Shown here: piece after piece, positions 24,874-36,885 of the stretch
Numbering within the stretch: position 1 is the stretch's first letter
Layout of the letters: every line of letters starts with the position of its first letter
Assembly: GCA_026026165.1 (NCBI GenBank)
Contig: JAPEUD010000001.1
Span: 186,001 to 250,000, forward strand
From: Sarea resinae
Taxonomy: Eukaryota
Direction: 5' to 3'
Length of the DNA: 64,000 nucleotides
The notes under the pieces: generated by a model
The model's input: the letters and a program-made list of their open reading frames with translations, nothing else
Databases searched by the model: none
What the model was told of the DNA's origin: nothing
Made by a program: the position numbers and the translations under genes

Positions 24874-25953
24874 GACGTCCAGGTCGGAAGAAGCGACAAG
24901 TTCGCTGGACTCGTCGTCCGAGCGGAGACTCAGGCTCTCGACGCCTGTGACGAGGTCCTCTTGGAGTGGCGACACGGCGAAGAGTGAACGGCTTCCCGGG
25001 AATGATCGCGTTGATTGGGGGTATTGAGATCTCTCGATCCGCCTCTACCACGTGGCCCTTCTAGCCAGCGTACGATAATATTTTCTTGATGATAGCCCTT
25101 CAGGTATGCGCGGAGGGTCCGTAAGATTTTCTGTGTGGGCCAGTGTGACGGCGCGCTAGACGGATGGGTTCAGTAGAAGAAAGCCGTTGAGCATGCAGAT
25201 TGACGAGTAGATGCTATGCTCTGCTGAGCTGAGCTGTGCTGAGCTGAACTGAATTGGCTGAAATACAAGTAGATGGCCACTGATCCTATTCAAAGAGTCG
25301 AAATCCAAGTCTATTACTGCTGCTGTTGCTGCTGCTTCTTCGTTGCGTCGTTGACGGCCGATGCAGACTCCAGTCTCGCGACACTGATCGGGCGAGATTG
25401 TGGACAGAGAGGGGGGAGCAGATTTTAGCGACAAGAGTGAGGAGGCCGTGGGCAATCCAGCAAGGCAAAGATGAATCTATGAGGAGATTGCCGCATGGGT
25501 TTGTGATGTTTTGGTTGTTTTCGTTTGCATTGATCGTTGATCGTTGGGAAATGTTGGTGGTGAGTCCAGGTTTGCATGCGCGCGCTGATGCGTGTGTGCC
25601 GTCAGCTGCCAACGACTGAGGCGGGCACGTTTTGTGGCTGTGGCTGGTGCCCCCATGCCCCACTACATAATAAGGTATTTAGTGCCTCGGGCTTTCCGAC
25701 GCATGGGCTGGATTCACCCTTCCGTTCCAAATCAGCCACAATTCCATGGTAAAGGAGTCTGGTGAATTCCCGTCATCGATGCTACTTTTATTTGTATTTC
25801 TAGAGAGAAACAATCATCGATATGTACTATTTACTTCCTTCACCATGGCCAACCTGGTCCAAATCTACTCGCAAGGGTCGAGGACCCGATGGTATCTCAA
25901 ATTCCCAGATAACAAAAGAAGGCATCCCCAAACCTAAACAACCGAATGCCACT

Positions 25954-28419
25954 TCAGAAAAGATCTTTCATAATCCTCGACAATTCTTCCTCATTTCGGT
26001 ATATTACCTCCCCATTCCCTGCCACGCCTCCGTGTGATCCCACAAACCCGTTGATACCCTCGCCGTTTCCATGCGCCGTCATCATTTGCCCATAACCCCC
26101 CGCCGCCTCGAATAGATTGGTCAACTCATAGCTCATTTGCAAACCGTTTGTGGGACTATTTCCTAGAGCGTTGACGCCGTGACTGCCTGGAAAAACAGAC
26201 AGATTGTCGACGGGGTGGCCAGCTAGATCTGCCATAGCAACGGCTGCGGTCGAGTGTCGATCACTACCATCAAACCCTGGCTGAACTGAAAGTCCCAGCT
26301 TAGGTCCGACTTCTTTCAATCCTCTAATCGTCTTCCACAATCGCTTCGAGATGTATGACTTGGTGCTGAAGCCTCTGACTAGCTCGAGAGCCATGTAGAA
26401 TTCATCGCGAGCGTAGTCGCTGAATTGAGCTGGAGCGTGAGAGACAGCAAGGAAGAGAACGGCAAGAGCGGAGAGCAAAAAGTAGTTGAAGCAGCTCTGC
26501 TGTGCGCGATAGATGTCCGTCGTCTGGTTTAATCGGGTCAAGATTCTGATACTGTCCTTGGCAACGTCGACAACCGTCTGCGCCCATCCTTTGTTCTCCA
26601 TGATACTCGTAGCAGAATGCAGAACAGGACGATAGATGAGGATACGCATCTGGTTCGCTCGAAGATAGAGAATAATCTTTAAGCGGCGTATAGCGCGGTT
26701 CTCGGATTCCGCTTCTCGCCCTGTCTCAGGATGAAAGAACCTCAGGGATTCTGGGATCGAATTGTGCCATTGCAAGATCTGATAATCGAGGAAACCAATT
26801 TCATCTTTCTTGATGTCATTGGCTGCCTCACCACAACTAGCAACGGACTTCCAGACTCTCGAGCCTATTCGGCTATACGAAATCATTGCGACCAGATAAG
26901 GGGTTGAGTTGTCCTATTTGGACATGTGAATCATTTGCATCAAAAGATCAACACGCGGGACTTACTGGTTCTGGGAGCAATGGATCAAGGTCGGAGTCTT
27001 GCAATGCAAACGGCATGCCGGTGCCCAGACTCCACCGCCGATCGAGTACATATATCGACCAGAAGAACTTGAGAGCTCGTAGGCGTTCCTCTTCCGTTAA
27101 GAACGCTTTCTCGTATGTTTCTCGCCGATGAAGCCCATACTCCAGGCATAAGCGGGCGGTGAGACCGATCACTCTCCAGGCCAGAGCTTCTTCGTCGCGG
27201 TGAAAGTGGTACATGGACTAAGATGATCATCAGCAAAGGCCTTGAGAGTTCGGTGTAGGTGCCAAAGAGGCTCACAATAACTGTCAAGAGTGATAAACCC
27301 TTCATATCCACGGAACCCCATAGTGTAGTCTCAGCCGGCTCCCTAACGCTCTCGTAAAGCTTAGCTCCTAATTCGCTCTGTCCTCCACCCTCGGTGACAA
27401 GGGCTGTTGCAACAACGACTTTCAAAAGATTTGTATCGTCGTCGTGCAAGCCATCGGCACCGGGCAGACTCAGCTGCGCCAGACCAGTCCTCGCAGCAGC
27501 CTCGATGAATGTATACAACAATGAAGCATGCCGCACGAGCTTTTCAATGTCCAGAACCGGATACATCAGCCCCATTTCCTCCTCGTAGACCCGACACAAC
27601 CGAATAGCTTCCTCTTTTGGAATGACCCAGAGAGGATCCTTCGACGGGTGAGCCAGTACGGCAGAAACAGGCGGCGATCCGGATGGTGTGCCGTCTTGCG
27701 TCGCCACGCCCTCATCTACGCCCTCCTCTGCTCCAGTGATACCCATTGTCTGCAGGCTGGTCTTGGCAACATCGAAGCTGAAAGCAGAACTCGTCGGACC
27801 CTGGAATCGGGGAGGCTTCGGCAAATTTCTTCCGCGGCGTTGGGGTGGAGGGCTGTGGTTGTGGACCGACGATTGAGCGATTGACAGCGTTCCGGAAGGC
27901 GGCTGATGATAAGGAGAGTCAGTGGTAGAGATGCCGGAGTCGTGACTGTTGCGCATCGAACTGAGGTTGGAGAACAGCGTGTCGACCTGATCCTGAAGGG
28001 CAACCAGTTGGGCATTCATCTGCTTAAACTCCCTAAGAGAGGGATCGTCAGTCTCTTGATTGCAACAGTAGGAGAAGAAGGGGAGATCGGGCACGCACTC
28101 TGAGTCCTTGAACGAGCCACTGCAGCAATTCGGTGCATATTGGCACTCCAGCGAGAGGTTGCCGCATCGACGACAAGGGATCTCTCCGTTGCATTTGATC
28201 TTGCGTCTCTTGCACTCGTTGCTGCTCAGATATTAGAATCCTGGCAACATCGTGCCGCAGAGACAACGCATCCGCTCACCAAGCAATGGAGACGTAACGA
28301 TTGCGCTTCGCTCTCGTTTGCGCTTGTGTGGCGCCACTCTCTTCGCTCTTCCTCTTTGATCTTTCGGACTCGGCGTGAGGCGGGCTCTTTGGCGTCATGG
28401 TGGGCATGATATCGGTCAT
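25954..28419 (-). CDS. Zn(II)2Cys6 transcription factor with fungal TF middle domain, probably HmgR-like; exons 28419-28280, 28221-28099, 28032-27276, 27217-26966, 26913-25954
   Basis: AC|NECKRRKIKCNGEIPCRRCGNLSLEC six-cysteine cluster; GLHRR..FWSIYVLDRRWSLGTGMP motif; four phase-consistent GT-AG introns; HmgR assignment is inferred from adjacency to fahA and recall, not a search; three in-frame ATGs (28419, 28407, 28398). Confidence 0.9.
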
Positions 28420-28790
28420 GGCAGCACAATGGGCCGCCGAATCCACGATGGCCGAGACTGATGGCGGTCGACGGCGAAGCTCAGCATACTACTGTGCTGT
28501 GATAATTGGCAAGTAAGGTATGGTGTTGGATGTCAACTCCTACAGCTGCATAGTCGTGCGGCGTTGGACTTCTCAAACGGGTTAAGGGCCAGATCTGGCG
28601 GGGAATCCTCCCGAGTGCGAGCGAGATGGGCGGATGGTAGCCTAACGTGTACCTTACCACGTAAGGACCAGTGGCCAGGTACATACTATGAGTAGTCTAA
28701 ATACCTCGACCGAAAACATTGGATAGTGGCATAATTCTCCATTTAGCTCCCCTTCCCCACGCGGGCACCTACTGAAGTACTCCTACTCCG

Positions 28791-28820
28791 TACGCCTACG
28801 CCTACGCCTACGCCTACGCC
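28791..28820. repeat. (TACGCC)5 hexamer repeat in the fahA-TF intergenic region
   Basis: Perfect tandem array starting at the end of a TACTCCGTA motif. Confidence 0.9.
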
Positions 28821-28941
28821 TTTAGCCGCCTACCTCCACTGTATCCCCAAATACCTTAGCCTTGACATTATCACCATTTCCTCCATATCAGACATTGAGA
28901 CATGTAAACACCAGCCGGAATTGTGCCCTGATCATTTTCCG

Positions 28942-30293
28942 TCACAGCTCTGCCGCTCTCTCGATTCGTCCGGTACACTCCCCAAACCCGACTCTTCCCT
29001 CTTTCCCTTGACACCAGCCCCTGATGGTGACCGCATCCCCGTCTTCAAGGAATCGCCTCTGAACCCCTTCTTCTAGCTGTAGGCTGGTTTTCCCGTTCTG
29101 CGTCTGTTCGAGTAAACTCCCCTGGGTTCCCGGCTGGTCGCCGCTGATGGTGCCTGACCCGAGGAGATCACCAACCCGCATTGGACAGCCTGTGATCGAA
29201 TGATGTGCCACCATCTGTGGGAAGGAGAAAAGCAAATTGCGCGAGTTTGTGCGACTTATAGTCGTGGTCGTCCCTTCGGGTGCTGCTGAAATACGACGAG
29301 TGTAAATGTTCAGGCGTCAAAGGAATACAAAGGAATGCGCTTACTCGTTAAATCGACCTCCAGAGTAATGTCATAGACATTCGCTTTCTTCTCTTCCTTC
29401 AAGTATGGCAGTAAAGTCGTGCCTGAATCCAAACCCTCCACCCTAAATTGTTCCAAAGCGTCCGCGAGCACGATCCAGGGACTAATACTGGTCCCGAAGT
29501 TCTTTGAGCCAAATGGCCCCAACGGCACATATTCCCAAGCTTGAATATCCCTCGCAGACCAATCATTCATCAACACCAAGCCAAAGACATGCTCATGGGC
29601 TTTGGGGATTGGAATGGGTTCACCCATGTTGCTCGGTTTGCAGATAAAAGCGCCGACTTCAAGCTCTATATCTAGCTTCCGACATGGCTTCATTATTGGC
29701 CTCTTATCCTCAGCATTGGGGTCTTCTATAATCTGACCCCAAGGCCGACGGATTGGCGTGCCTGAGAGGACGACGGAGGAGGCCCGGCCATGATAGCCGA
29801 CAGGTAGGTGAGTATAATTTGGTTGAAGAGCGTGATCAGGACCGCGGAAGAGGAGGCCGACGTTGTAGGCATGATGGAGTCCTGCGTAGAAATCCGTATA
29901 GTCTCCTATCGTCAGTGGCAGATGCATTTGGACATCTTTCAAAGGAAATAAAGCCTTTTGCCGTAATGATGAATTGTCCTTTAGGATGCCAGGGTAAGGG
30001 GTGTATTCTTCCAAAATATCTTGGAGATAACTGCGGACTTCTCTATGGACTGGACGGCCGAGGGAAGCAAATTCATTCAGAGTGAGTTGGGTAAAGGCGG
30101 AGAGATATGGCTGAATAGAAGGCAGAAGAGAGAAGCCATCATTGATGGAGAAGACGAAGAGATCGAGGGCGTATTCTCCAATGGCAATGGCAGGATGTGG
30201 CCAATGCGAAGAAGGCGTAGTAATGATGCCAAACGGAATGTTTGCCAGCGAGAAATCCGAGGATGGAGGAATCGGCAGCCATGATTGCTCCAT
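28942..30293 (-). CDS. fahA: Fumarylacetoacetate hydrolase; exons 30293-29345, 29285 (or 29282)-28942
   Basis: SDFSLANIPFG, IGDYTDFYAG, HLPVGYHGRASS, LDIELE, MNDWSARDIQAWEYVPLGPF, GDLLGSGTISG, VGFGECTG. Confidence 0.96.
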
Positions 30294-30939
30294 GGTAGAT
30301 GCTGGTGCTATGCTAGAGTAGCCGTCAAGGCTATCTTGCTTGAGCTATAAAGTCGAAGAGCGCGGGTAAATGTTGCAAAAGCAATCCCCGCCATCAGGGA
30401 ATGAAGCATCCAGAGCCGATGCCTGACTGATTGTTCTTGCATAAGGTACACTCTTAATGCAGGCACGCGGGCATATTAATATTCAATTGTGTATCCCTAT
30501 CATGAATCTTCCCGACGCCGCTTAGATACGGCAGAGTGGGAGAGCTACTGTCCACCCCACTACCCCACAAAACGGAACTCTGTCGCCCTCGATCCTCGAT
30601 CAAGACACCACGGCAACAGTGGACAGATTGTCGTAGGCTTTTGGTAGGGGCGCAATAGTATTCTGTCAATGTGAAGTTGATATTGGTCTTCCTAGTCTAT
30701 TTCACGTCTTGTCTTTCTTGTATGTGCGTTTTCCCTCCCTCTCCTCAACCTCCCATCCCACGGTCCACACACGTGAACGGCCTATATATGCGAACGTACA
30801 GTCTTCTAAACGTATCACGTGGCTCCCATTTTGCACATCCTTTGCTACTTCCCCCTGGTTAGTCTACAAAAGCCACTGCCTCAGCCTTTGGCCCTTTCAC
30901 CTATCTCAGAAACCGAGAAGGAATGTCTGGAAAGACAGC

Positions 30940-32093
30940 CTATACCCTCCCCGCCCTCCCCGTCTGAATAATCTCTCCAGTAGCACGTTCATCGCTCCTC
31001 AGCGTCGCCCAACTCCTCCCCTCGCCCTCAGCCTTCACAAGCTCGAGCTCCAATTTCGTGCCCAGGACCTTGAAAGAAGAGCTTTCTGTATCGATGGCGC
31101 CGAAGAGCGGAAACGTGGTCTTGTAAACCTTTTTGTCGGACGTGTGGAGGTCCAGCGAGATAGTTGTGGAGGAGGAAAATGCGATGGTAGAGGTGGGCGG
31201 GGGCAGGATCTTTTTGAGGAACAGAGAGGCGTGAATTGTGGAGGGGGTTTGGTAGTAATCGTGTCGAACATTCTCCACTTTCTCCTCATTCTCGCCCTGT
31301 CCCTCGCCCTTGCCCTTGCCCTTCTTCCCGCTGCCGACGAACAGATGGCGGGGTTTTGTCTTGCATCCGGGCAAGCGCATGAATTCGTCGAATTCCAAGA
31401 CTCGTCGCTTGCAGCATGTCCAGCCCTTGCTGCCCTCGTGGAAGATTGGCTGGCCGGGGTGGTAGATGCATTTCTCGTCTTCTGGGCGCATAGTAGACGA
31501 GGCGGGCGAGCTGGTGTTGCAGCCGCGTCGGCGGCAGGTGGTATTGGGTGGAATGGGAACAGCTGGATCATCGCTATCTGATTCGGGTGAGGGAGCCGCT
31601 GAGGCAGGTGCGCTTGTAGTTGCGGAGGTTGGAGCGGATTGGGCTACTGCGGGGCGCGAAGGAAGGGCAGTATTTGCGGAGGGTGTGGTGGTCGAGATTG
31701 TGTCAGCTGGAGCTGAAACCGGAGCCGGAGTCGGGGCGCTATCAGTTTCTTCTGATGGCTCCGGCACGGGCGTGTCGTCAACCGTGGAGTGTCTGCCTGT
31801 TGTACAGGGAGGGATAGCAAGGAATTCATCGAACGTTAGAACACGCGGTTTGCAGCATTTCCAGCCTAATTTTCGTGGGAAGATCTGTTGTCAGTACGTT
31901 TCGTTCGCCTGTCCTCCGCATATTTTTAATTGCAGGTCGATGAGTGTGACAAGTGATGCAGAAGGAGGCTTGAGCGTGAGCAAATACCTTTTTGCCCCTC
32001 ATGGAAGACCGGGGGACCGGGGTGATAGAGGCAATCCTCGTTTTCGTCCGTGAAGTCCTTGCCGCACCCCTTGTGCACGCATTTTTGGGCCAT
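30940..32093 (-). CDS. CHORD and CS domain protein (Chp-1/CHORDC1/RAR1-like Hsp90 co-chaperone); exons 32093-31988, 31865-30940
   Basis: CHORD-I CVHKGC..CLYHPGPPVFHEGQK|GWKCC..FDEFLAIPPC, CHORD-II CRRRGC..CIYHPGQPIFHEGSKGWTCC, CS domain RHDYYQT..GTKLELELVKA..W. Confidence 0.95.
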
Positions 32094-32470
32094 GATGAAT
32101 GTCTCTCGGAATGCTTACGGGCTGTAGAGTGAGCTGAGGGAGATTTGAACGGGTCGCAGCTTGACGACTCTGTATTCTGTCCGCAATTGTGCGCAATGAT
32201 GATGCGGGCGGCGGTGAACTTCGTCGAAATTGTGGAACGTTCTGGGGACAGGCGTCTAGCCGGAGAGCGAGCGGTGAGCTGCGGCAGAAAAACGCATCAG
32301 CATCGGCGTATTTCGATTACGGTACTCGTACGGACACACAGACGGGCAAATGAGTGTAAAGCAGCCATCAATCGCCTCGTTCCAGAATCTTTGACCATCG
32401 GTCGATCGATCAATCAATCAATCGATCAACCGATCATCGATCGTGCCACTTGGACTTCTTTCCCGTCAAC

Positions 32471-32873
32471 ATGAAGCCAGCTCTACGTCTGCTGCAGCAC
32501 GCATCCCGCATCACCCTCTTCACCCGCTCCAACTGCTCGCTATGCGACAACGCCAAGACCGTCCTCTCGCACGTCTGGGATCGTCGACCCTTCGAGTATG
32601 AGGAGACAGATGTCATGAAACCAACCGAGAAGAGATGGAGAGATCTCTACGAATTCGATACTCCTGTCGTACGTATCTACGCTACTCGAGAAATGCTCGT
32701 TTCAATGTCCAGCAATGATTGACAATACCACGCATTCCGTACACCCATAGATTCACGTTCAAAAGGCTTCGCTACCTGAGCAGGGCCCGGAAGTGGTCTC
32801 GAAGACTCTCAAATTGATGCATCATTTTACAGAACAGGAAGTCGAACGCTTGATGGACGACTCTGAGAAGTAG
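32471..32873 (+). CDS. Glutaredoxin-like protein (DUF836 / YDR286C-like); exons 32471-32668, 32751-32873
   Basis: ITLFTRSNCSLC CxxC motif, W..LYEFDTPV|IHV, KLMHHF; GTACGT...TAG intron; basic N-terminus suggests mitochondrial targeting. Confidence 0.88.
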
Positions 32874-32955
32874 TAATGCCTGCGTCGCCCATGGTGGTGG
32901 TGGGAATCGAGAGCGTTTGGAAAGAACGCCGTATTCTAATGCCAGCCTAGCGCTG

Positions 32956-34296
32956 TTATCGTCCAGAGGACCCAGCCATCTTCACAGCACCCTTGGCGAC
33001 ATTCAACGCCGAATGAACATAACCCCCCTTAGCCGTGCTCAGCGAAGATGTCAGATGCGTCGTCAGCGCATCCATGTCCGCTATAACCGTGATCTGTTTG
33101 AACAGTCAGCAAATGGATCCAATTGATTAGTTCTGATGATCATCTGACCATGTTGAAACCCTGGTCCGCGTACGACCGCGCCTGCTCCCCTGAGGTTGAA
33201 TAGATACCGGTCCTCTTCCCGTTTTCTTGGGCGGCCTTCAATATCTTCGCCAACGCTTCCTTCAGTTCATCATCAAACTTGCCGTCCTTGATCGGGTGAC
33301 CAATGTTGATGCCCAAATCGAAGGGTCCCGCAAAGAGTACATCTAATCCATCAACGCGCGCAATATCATCGACCTGTAGCGAATGTCACTTTCAGCTTTC
33401 CTCTCTTTATACCTCCCTTAAAGTTTTTTGTAAAAGGACGGAGGGAAAGGAGGGCCTACATTCTCCAATGCCTCCACTGTTTCAATCTGCACAATAGTCA
33501 ACAGACTATCGTTCGCCTGTTCCAAGTATTCCCCAGCGGTCTCATTTCCAAAACACCCCATCGGAAAGCGCGAGCCAAATCCTCGAGTACCCCTGGGTGG
33601 GAACTTGGCCGATGAAACAAGGCGTCGCACATCGTCTGCCGTTTTAAGGAGGGGACATATTATACCGTGCGCGCCGGAGTCGAGCGCTCCTACACGAACA
33701 AGGCGTCAGATTCTTTCCCAAAATCGGTTCATGTATAAAGGAGCATACTCTTCACCATCCACGGCTCATTCGCCACTGTCCTCACAATAGGACTAACTCC
33801 ACACGCAGCAATTGCAGCGACAGCCTCGTGCATCTGTCCATCTAACAAGGCACGAAAAAATCAGTCTTAGTCCCTCAATCTCAGACAATGAAGAGCAAGG
33901 TCCCTTTCCCATCCAGAATTTGTATACCGAATTCTTCCCGCAAGGAGAACAATCAGAATCTCTCACCGTCAATGTTCCCATGTTCCGTATCCACAGTGAC
34001 CCAATCGAAGCCGCATCTTGCAACAGCGCGGGCGTGATTCGCTCCCGGTAACCTAGAAAAGCCACTGGTCGTCAGCCCCTTGCCATTGCTATCTATCTTA
34101 AGCTACCTAGACCTCCAATATGCGCCCAATCACGCCCGTGTCCACTTTTCGTATAAAACGAAAGAAACGGAAGGTAATCGAGCAAAAGAAAGACAAGACA
34201 AGAAAAGAAAAGAAAAACGTACGTCTGCCACGCGCCAAACGACACAACCCCCGGCCCAGACTTCAGCGCCTTCTGAAGCCTATTAGCAGCCTGCAT
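32956..34296 (-). CDS. HpcH/HpaI aldolase family protein (2-keto-3-deoxy sugar-acid aldolase-like); exons 34296-34223, 34052-33967, 33841-33749, 33689-33460, 33373-33149, 33093-32956
   Basis: Spliced product contains GFDWVTVDTEHG, KRALDSGAHGI, KFPPRGTRGFG, VQIET, IARVDGLDVLFAGPFDL; five phase-consistent GT-AG introns. Confidence 0.92.
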
Positions 34297-34484
34297 CCTT
34301 CTCTCTTTTTCCCTCACCCTCGCAGCACCGCTTAGCAATTGTCCGTTCGTTCGACACTTGACCCCAAAATCGAGAACAGCTCTGTAGACAGTCCAAGCGC
34401 TTTGCAAGATCAGACGCAATAGTTTAGTGGCCCTCCAATTGCTTTCCCCTTCCTTTACCTTTGCTTTTTCGACGGCATGAAGAA

Positions 34485-34640
34485 GTGGGGTTCGTCACTT
34501 GTGGGGTAGAGTGCAAGATCGATAGGAGCTGGGGATTACCTTAGGTACCTTACCTACCTACCTACCTACTATCATAATATGCCGTCAATTAAAAACGTGG
34601 GGTAGTACTGTCGGCAACGTAGATTTCACCTAGCGCGGGG
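34485..34640 (+). promoter_or_regulatory. Cluster of five SYGGGG (CreA/Mig1-type) sites upstream of the aldolase gene
   Basis: GTGGGG at 34485, 34501, 34597; CTGGGG at 34529; GCGGGG at 34635; all on one strand. Confidence 0.55.
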
Positions 34641-35235
34641 TAATTCCCGCTGTAATTTTTTCAGGGATCGAGTTACGAAGATAGGTACTTTGTGACTTCG
34701 TATTACACAGACCCTGAATGGGCACGCTGTATGGATTATGAAGGCGGGTATTTTCTTGCCTTGATTCTATTTTGATCTCGAGGCTTGGCAGTTAGATGAT
34801 GCGTTTCTTGGACACCGAAATTCTGATTGATATACAGAAGACGATAATCAGACGGGGCGCAGCGCTAAAATTCGTCAATCCTTCTGAATCACTAACAAAA
34901 CCAGTCCAGATGCCGTAGCAACTTTTCATAGAAATTCCCTGTCCAAGCCAGAACTTGCTATTGTTGGGAAGGTATGCTAGGGGGCATTACGAAAGAGCCA
35001 GATCCCCCCACGCGGAAAAGTGAAAGTCTAGGAAGTTTTCTCGAACCGTCGAAATAGCCAAAGCAGAATTTGCAAAACACCTCCCAGATAGTCATGTTGA
35101 AATCTTTTGCCACGCCCCATTGTAGACGCGAGATCGGTTCCATCTGTCGTCAACCTGCCATCTCGGCCTACAATTACATCCAGAGATGATTCGGATCGCA
35201 GTGAATGAATTGCGTGGGTTTGCTGCATCGGCAGA

Positions 35236-36252
35236 CTACACCAAAGTCCATGGCGGTGGTGGGGAGCTCGAAGCATGTAACGTCGGGAACAATTCCGGCA
35301 CGGGATACTCGAAAGAGGGAGGATTGATATCGGAAGGTGCATCAATCTCGGAAGGGGCGTCAATATCAGGAGGGACATCGATCTCAGGAGGGGCACCGAC
35401 CTCAAGAGGATCGCCCACGCCAGGAAGGGCATCGACTTTTGGGGTACCAGTCGCCAGAGATCTCCGAGTGTTCTCTGGACTTCTGATTCGGCCGTCTCCG
35501 GGGTAAAGATGGCGTGACTCGTACTCCTGCCGTGTTGAACCCGAAGCGCCTTTAGGAGGAAGTGGCAAGCCGCACCAAAGACAAATACGCCTTCGATCAC
35601 TATCATCCCCAGGAGTCCGATGGCAGCCAACGCCATAGCACCGGTTGAGTTTTGCAGGCAGATCAGTAATTTGCTCTGTCTTGCACTTGAGACAAAGCCA
35701 TCCATCTCGCGCGGAGCAATTGCAAAGCTCGCCCGAGTAAAGTGGGGACCGAACAGTAGATGAGCTGAGGCGCAGCTCGCTGTGAGGATTGTCACATGCC
35801 CAACATTGCTGACACAGATGACGTTTGCGGTTGAAAAATGTGTTCTCTTGTTTTCCAAAAGATGCCCTCACGACACAACCTTCACATACAGGCATGCTAC
35901 ACATGACGCAACCACGTACATTTGGTCCTTTCGTATGCTGCGGTTCTGAACAGATCTTTCGAGCTTTTGTTTTCAGGTTGCGCCAGTACTTGGTTTGGTG
36001 CTGTCCAAGATGCAGATCCATCTGCTTGAAGGAGGAGAGGTCTGCGCTCGGTGCCACGACACTTCCCTTGGGCTTCGCTTGATCCGGGGTAGAGGGAGGA
36101 AAGGCGTGAAGGACATCTCGATATGCAGAGTTGACCTTGACAAGCTGAAGGAGATCACCAAGAGGAAGTGAGGCCACAATGCTCTCGGCAACGGGGTAGA
36201 TGTTTAGAAGATCCAAAAGCGAAATCATCTTTGAGGAGCGCAGCCTATGCAC
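35236..36252 (-). CDS. Hypothetical protein with F-box-like N-terminus and multiple CxxC motifs (338 aa; 3' end may be spliced differently)
   Basis: LLNIYPVAESIVASLPLGDLLQLVKVNSAYR resembles an F-box; CVMC, CEGC, CQQC, CLKC, CLWC; ATG start; Pro-rich repeat tail. Confidence 0.7.
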   Translation of the reverse strand: MHRLRSSKMISLLDLLNIYPVAESIVASLPLGDLLQLVKVNSAYRDVLHAFPPSTPDQAKPKGSVVAPSADLSSFKQMDLHLGQHQTKYWRNLKTKARKICSEPQHTKGPNVRGCVMCSMPVCEGCVVRASFGKQENTFFNRKRHLCQQCWACDNPHSELRLSSSTVRSPLYSGELCNCSARDGWLCLKCKTEQITDLPAKLNRCYGVGCHRTPGDDSDRRRICLWCGLPLPPKGASGSTRQEYESRHLYPGDGRIRSPENTRRSLATGTPKVDALPGVGDPLEVGAPPEIDVPPDIDAPSEIDAPSDINPPSFEYPVPELFPTLHASSSPPPPWTLV

Positions 36253-36885
36253 AAAATGCTGCCAATGACGTAGTAAGATTTCGCGCCCTTTGCTGCGCCA
36301 GTGATGAATATAAAGGCATCAGAATAATAGCATCCAAGAGAAGAAAAGTAACCCAAAGATTTGCAATTCCAGAATCGTACGACTGAAGCGGGCAGTAATG
36401 GTTGATGGTGTTATCAACCATGCAATGGTGAAGGTAGTCCTGAGGCTCTAGAATAGTTGTGAAAATCGAGGTGATGAACAAACATCTTAAGCGCTCGCCA
36501 GAGGATAGACGATATGCTAAATAAGCAAATCAAGCCATTCAAGATTGTGTCTTTCCAGTAGAAAGTTTGCCTGTCGTCGCGGTCGTATCGCGATAGTGGT
36601 AATAAATGAGGCTTTCACGACCGAGTTCGGTGGTATGACGTACTTCGTTCTTGGTCCTCGTCGAATGCCTTAGCCAACACTTACCGGGTAACCATATTCG
36701 AAGACAACAAGTGCTTGGACCAAAGCCGCATTTCCAACACGAGAGAAAGGCGGCCTTGAATATTTCCGAAAAACTTTATCGTTCCGACCGCCACGAAGAG
36801 TCGCCATATTGGCCTTATTAGGCTATTCTAGGTGCCTTCTGGCTTCCTTCAGCTTTTTTTGACTGGTCATCATCCGCGACTCGTC

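Noticed and set aside
28885..28944. fahA stop in TGA-CGG context as possible readthrough to a peroxisomal signal
   Set aside because: The extension (RKMIRAQFRLVFTCLNV) does not end in a PTS1-like tripeptide
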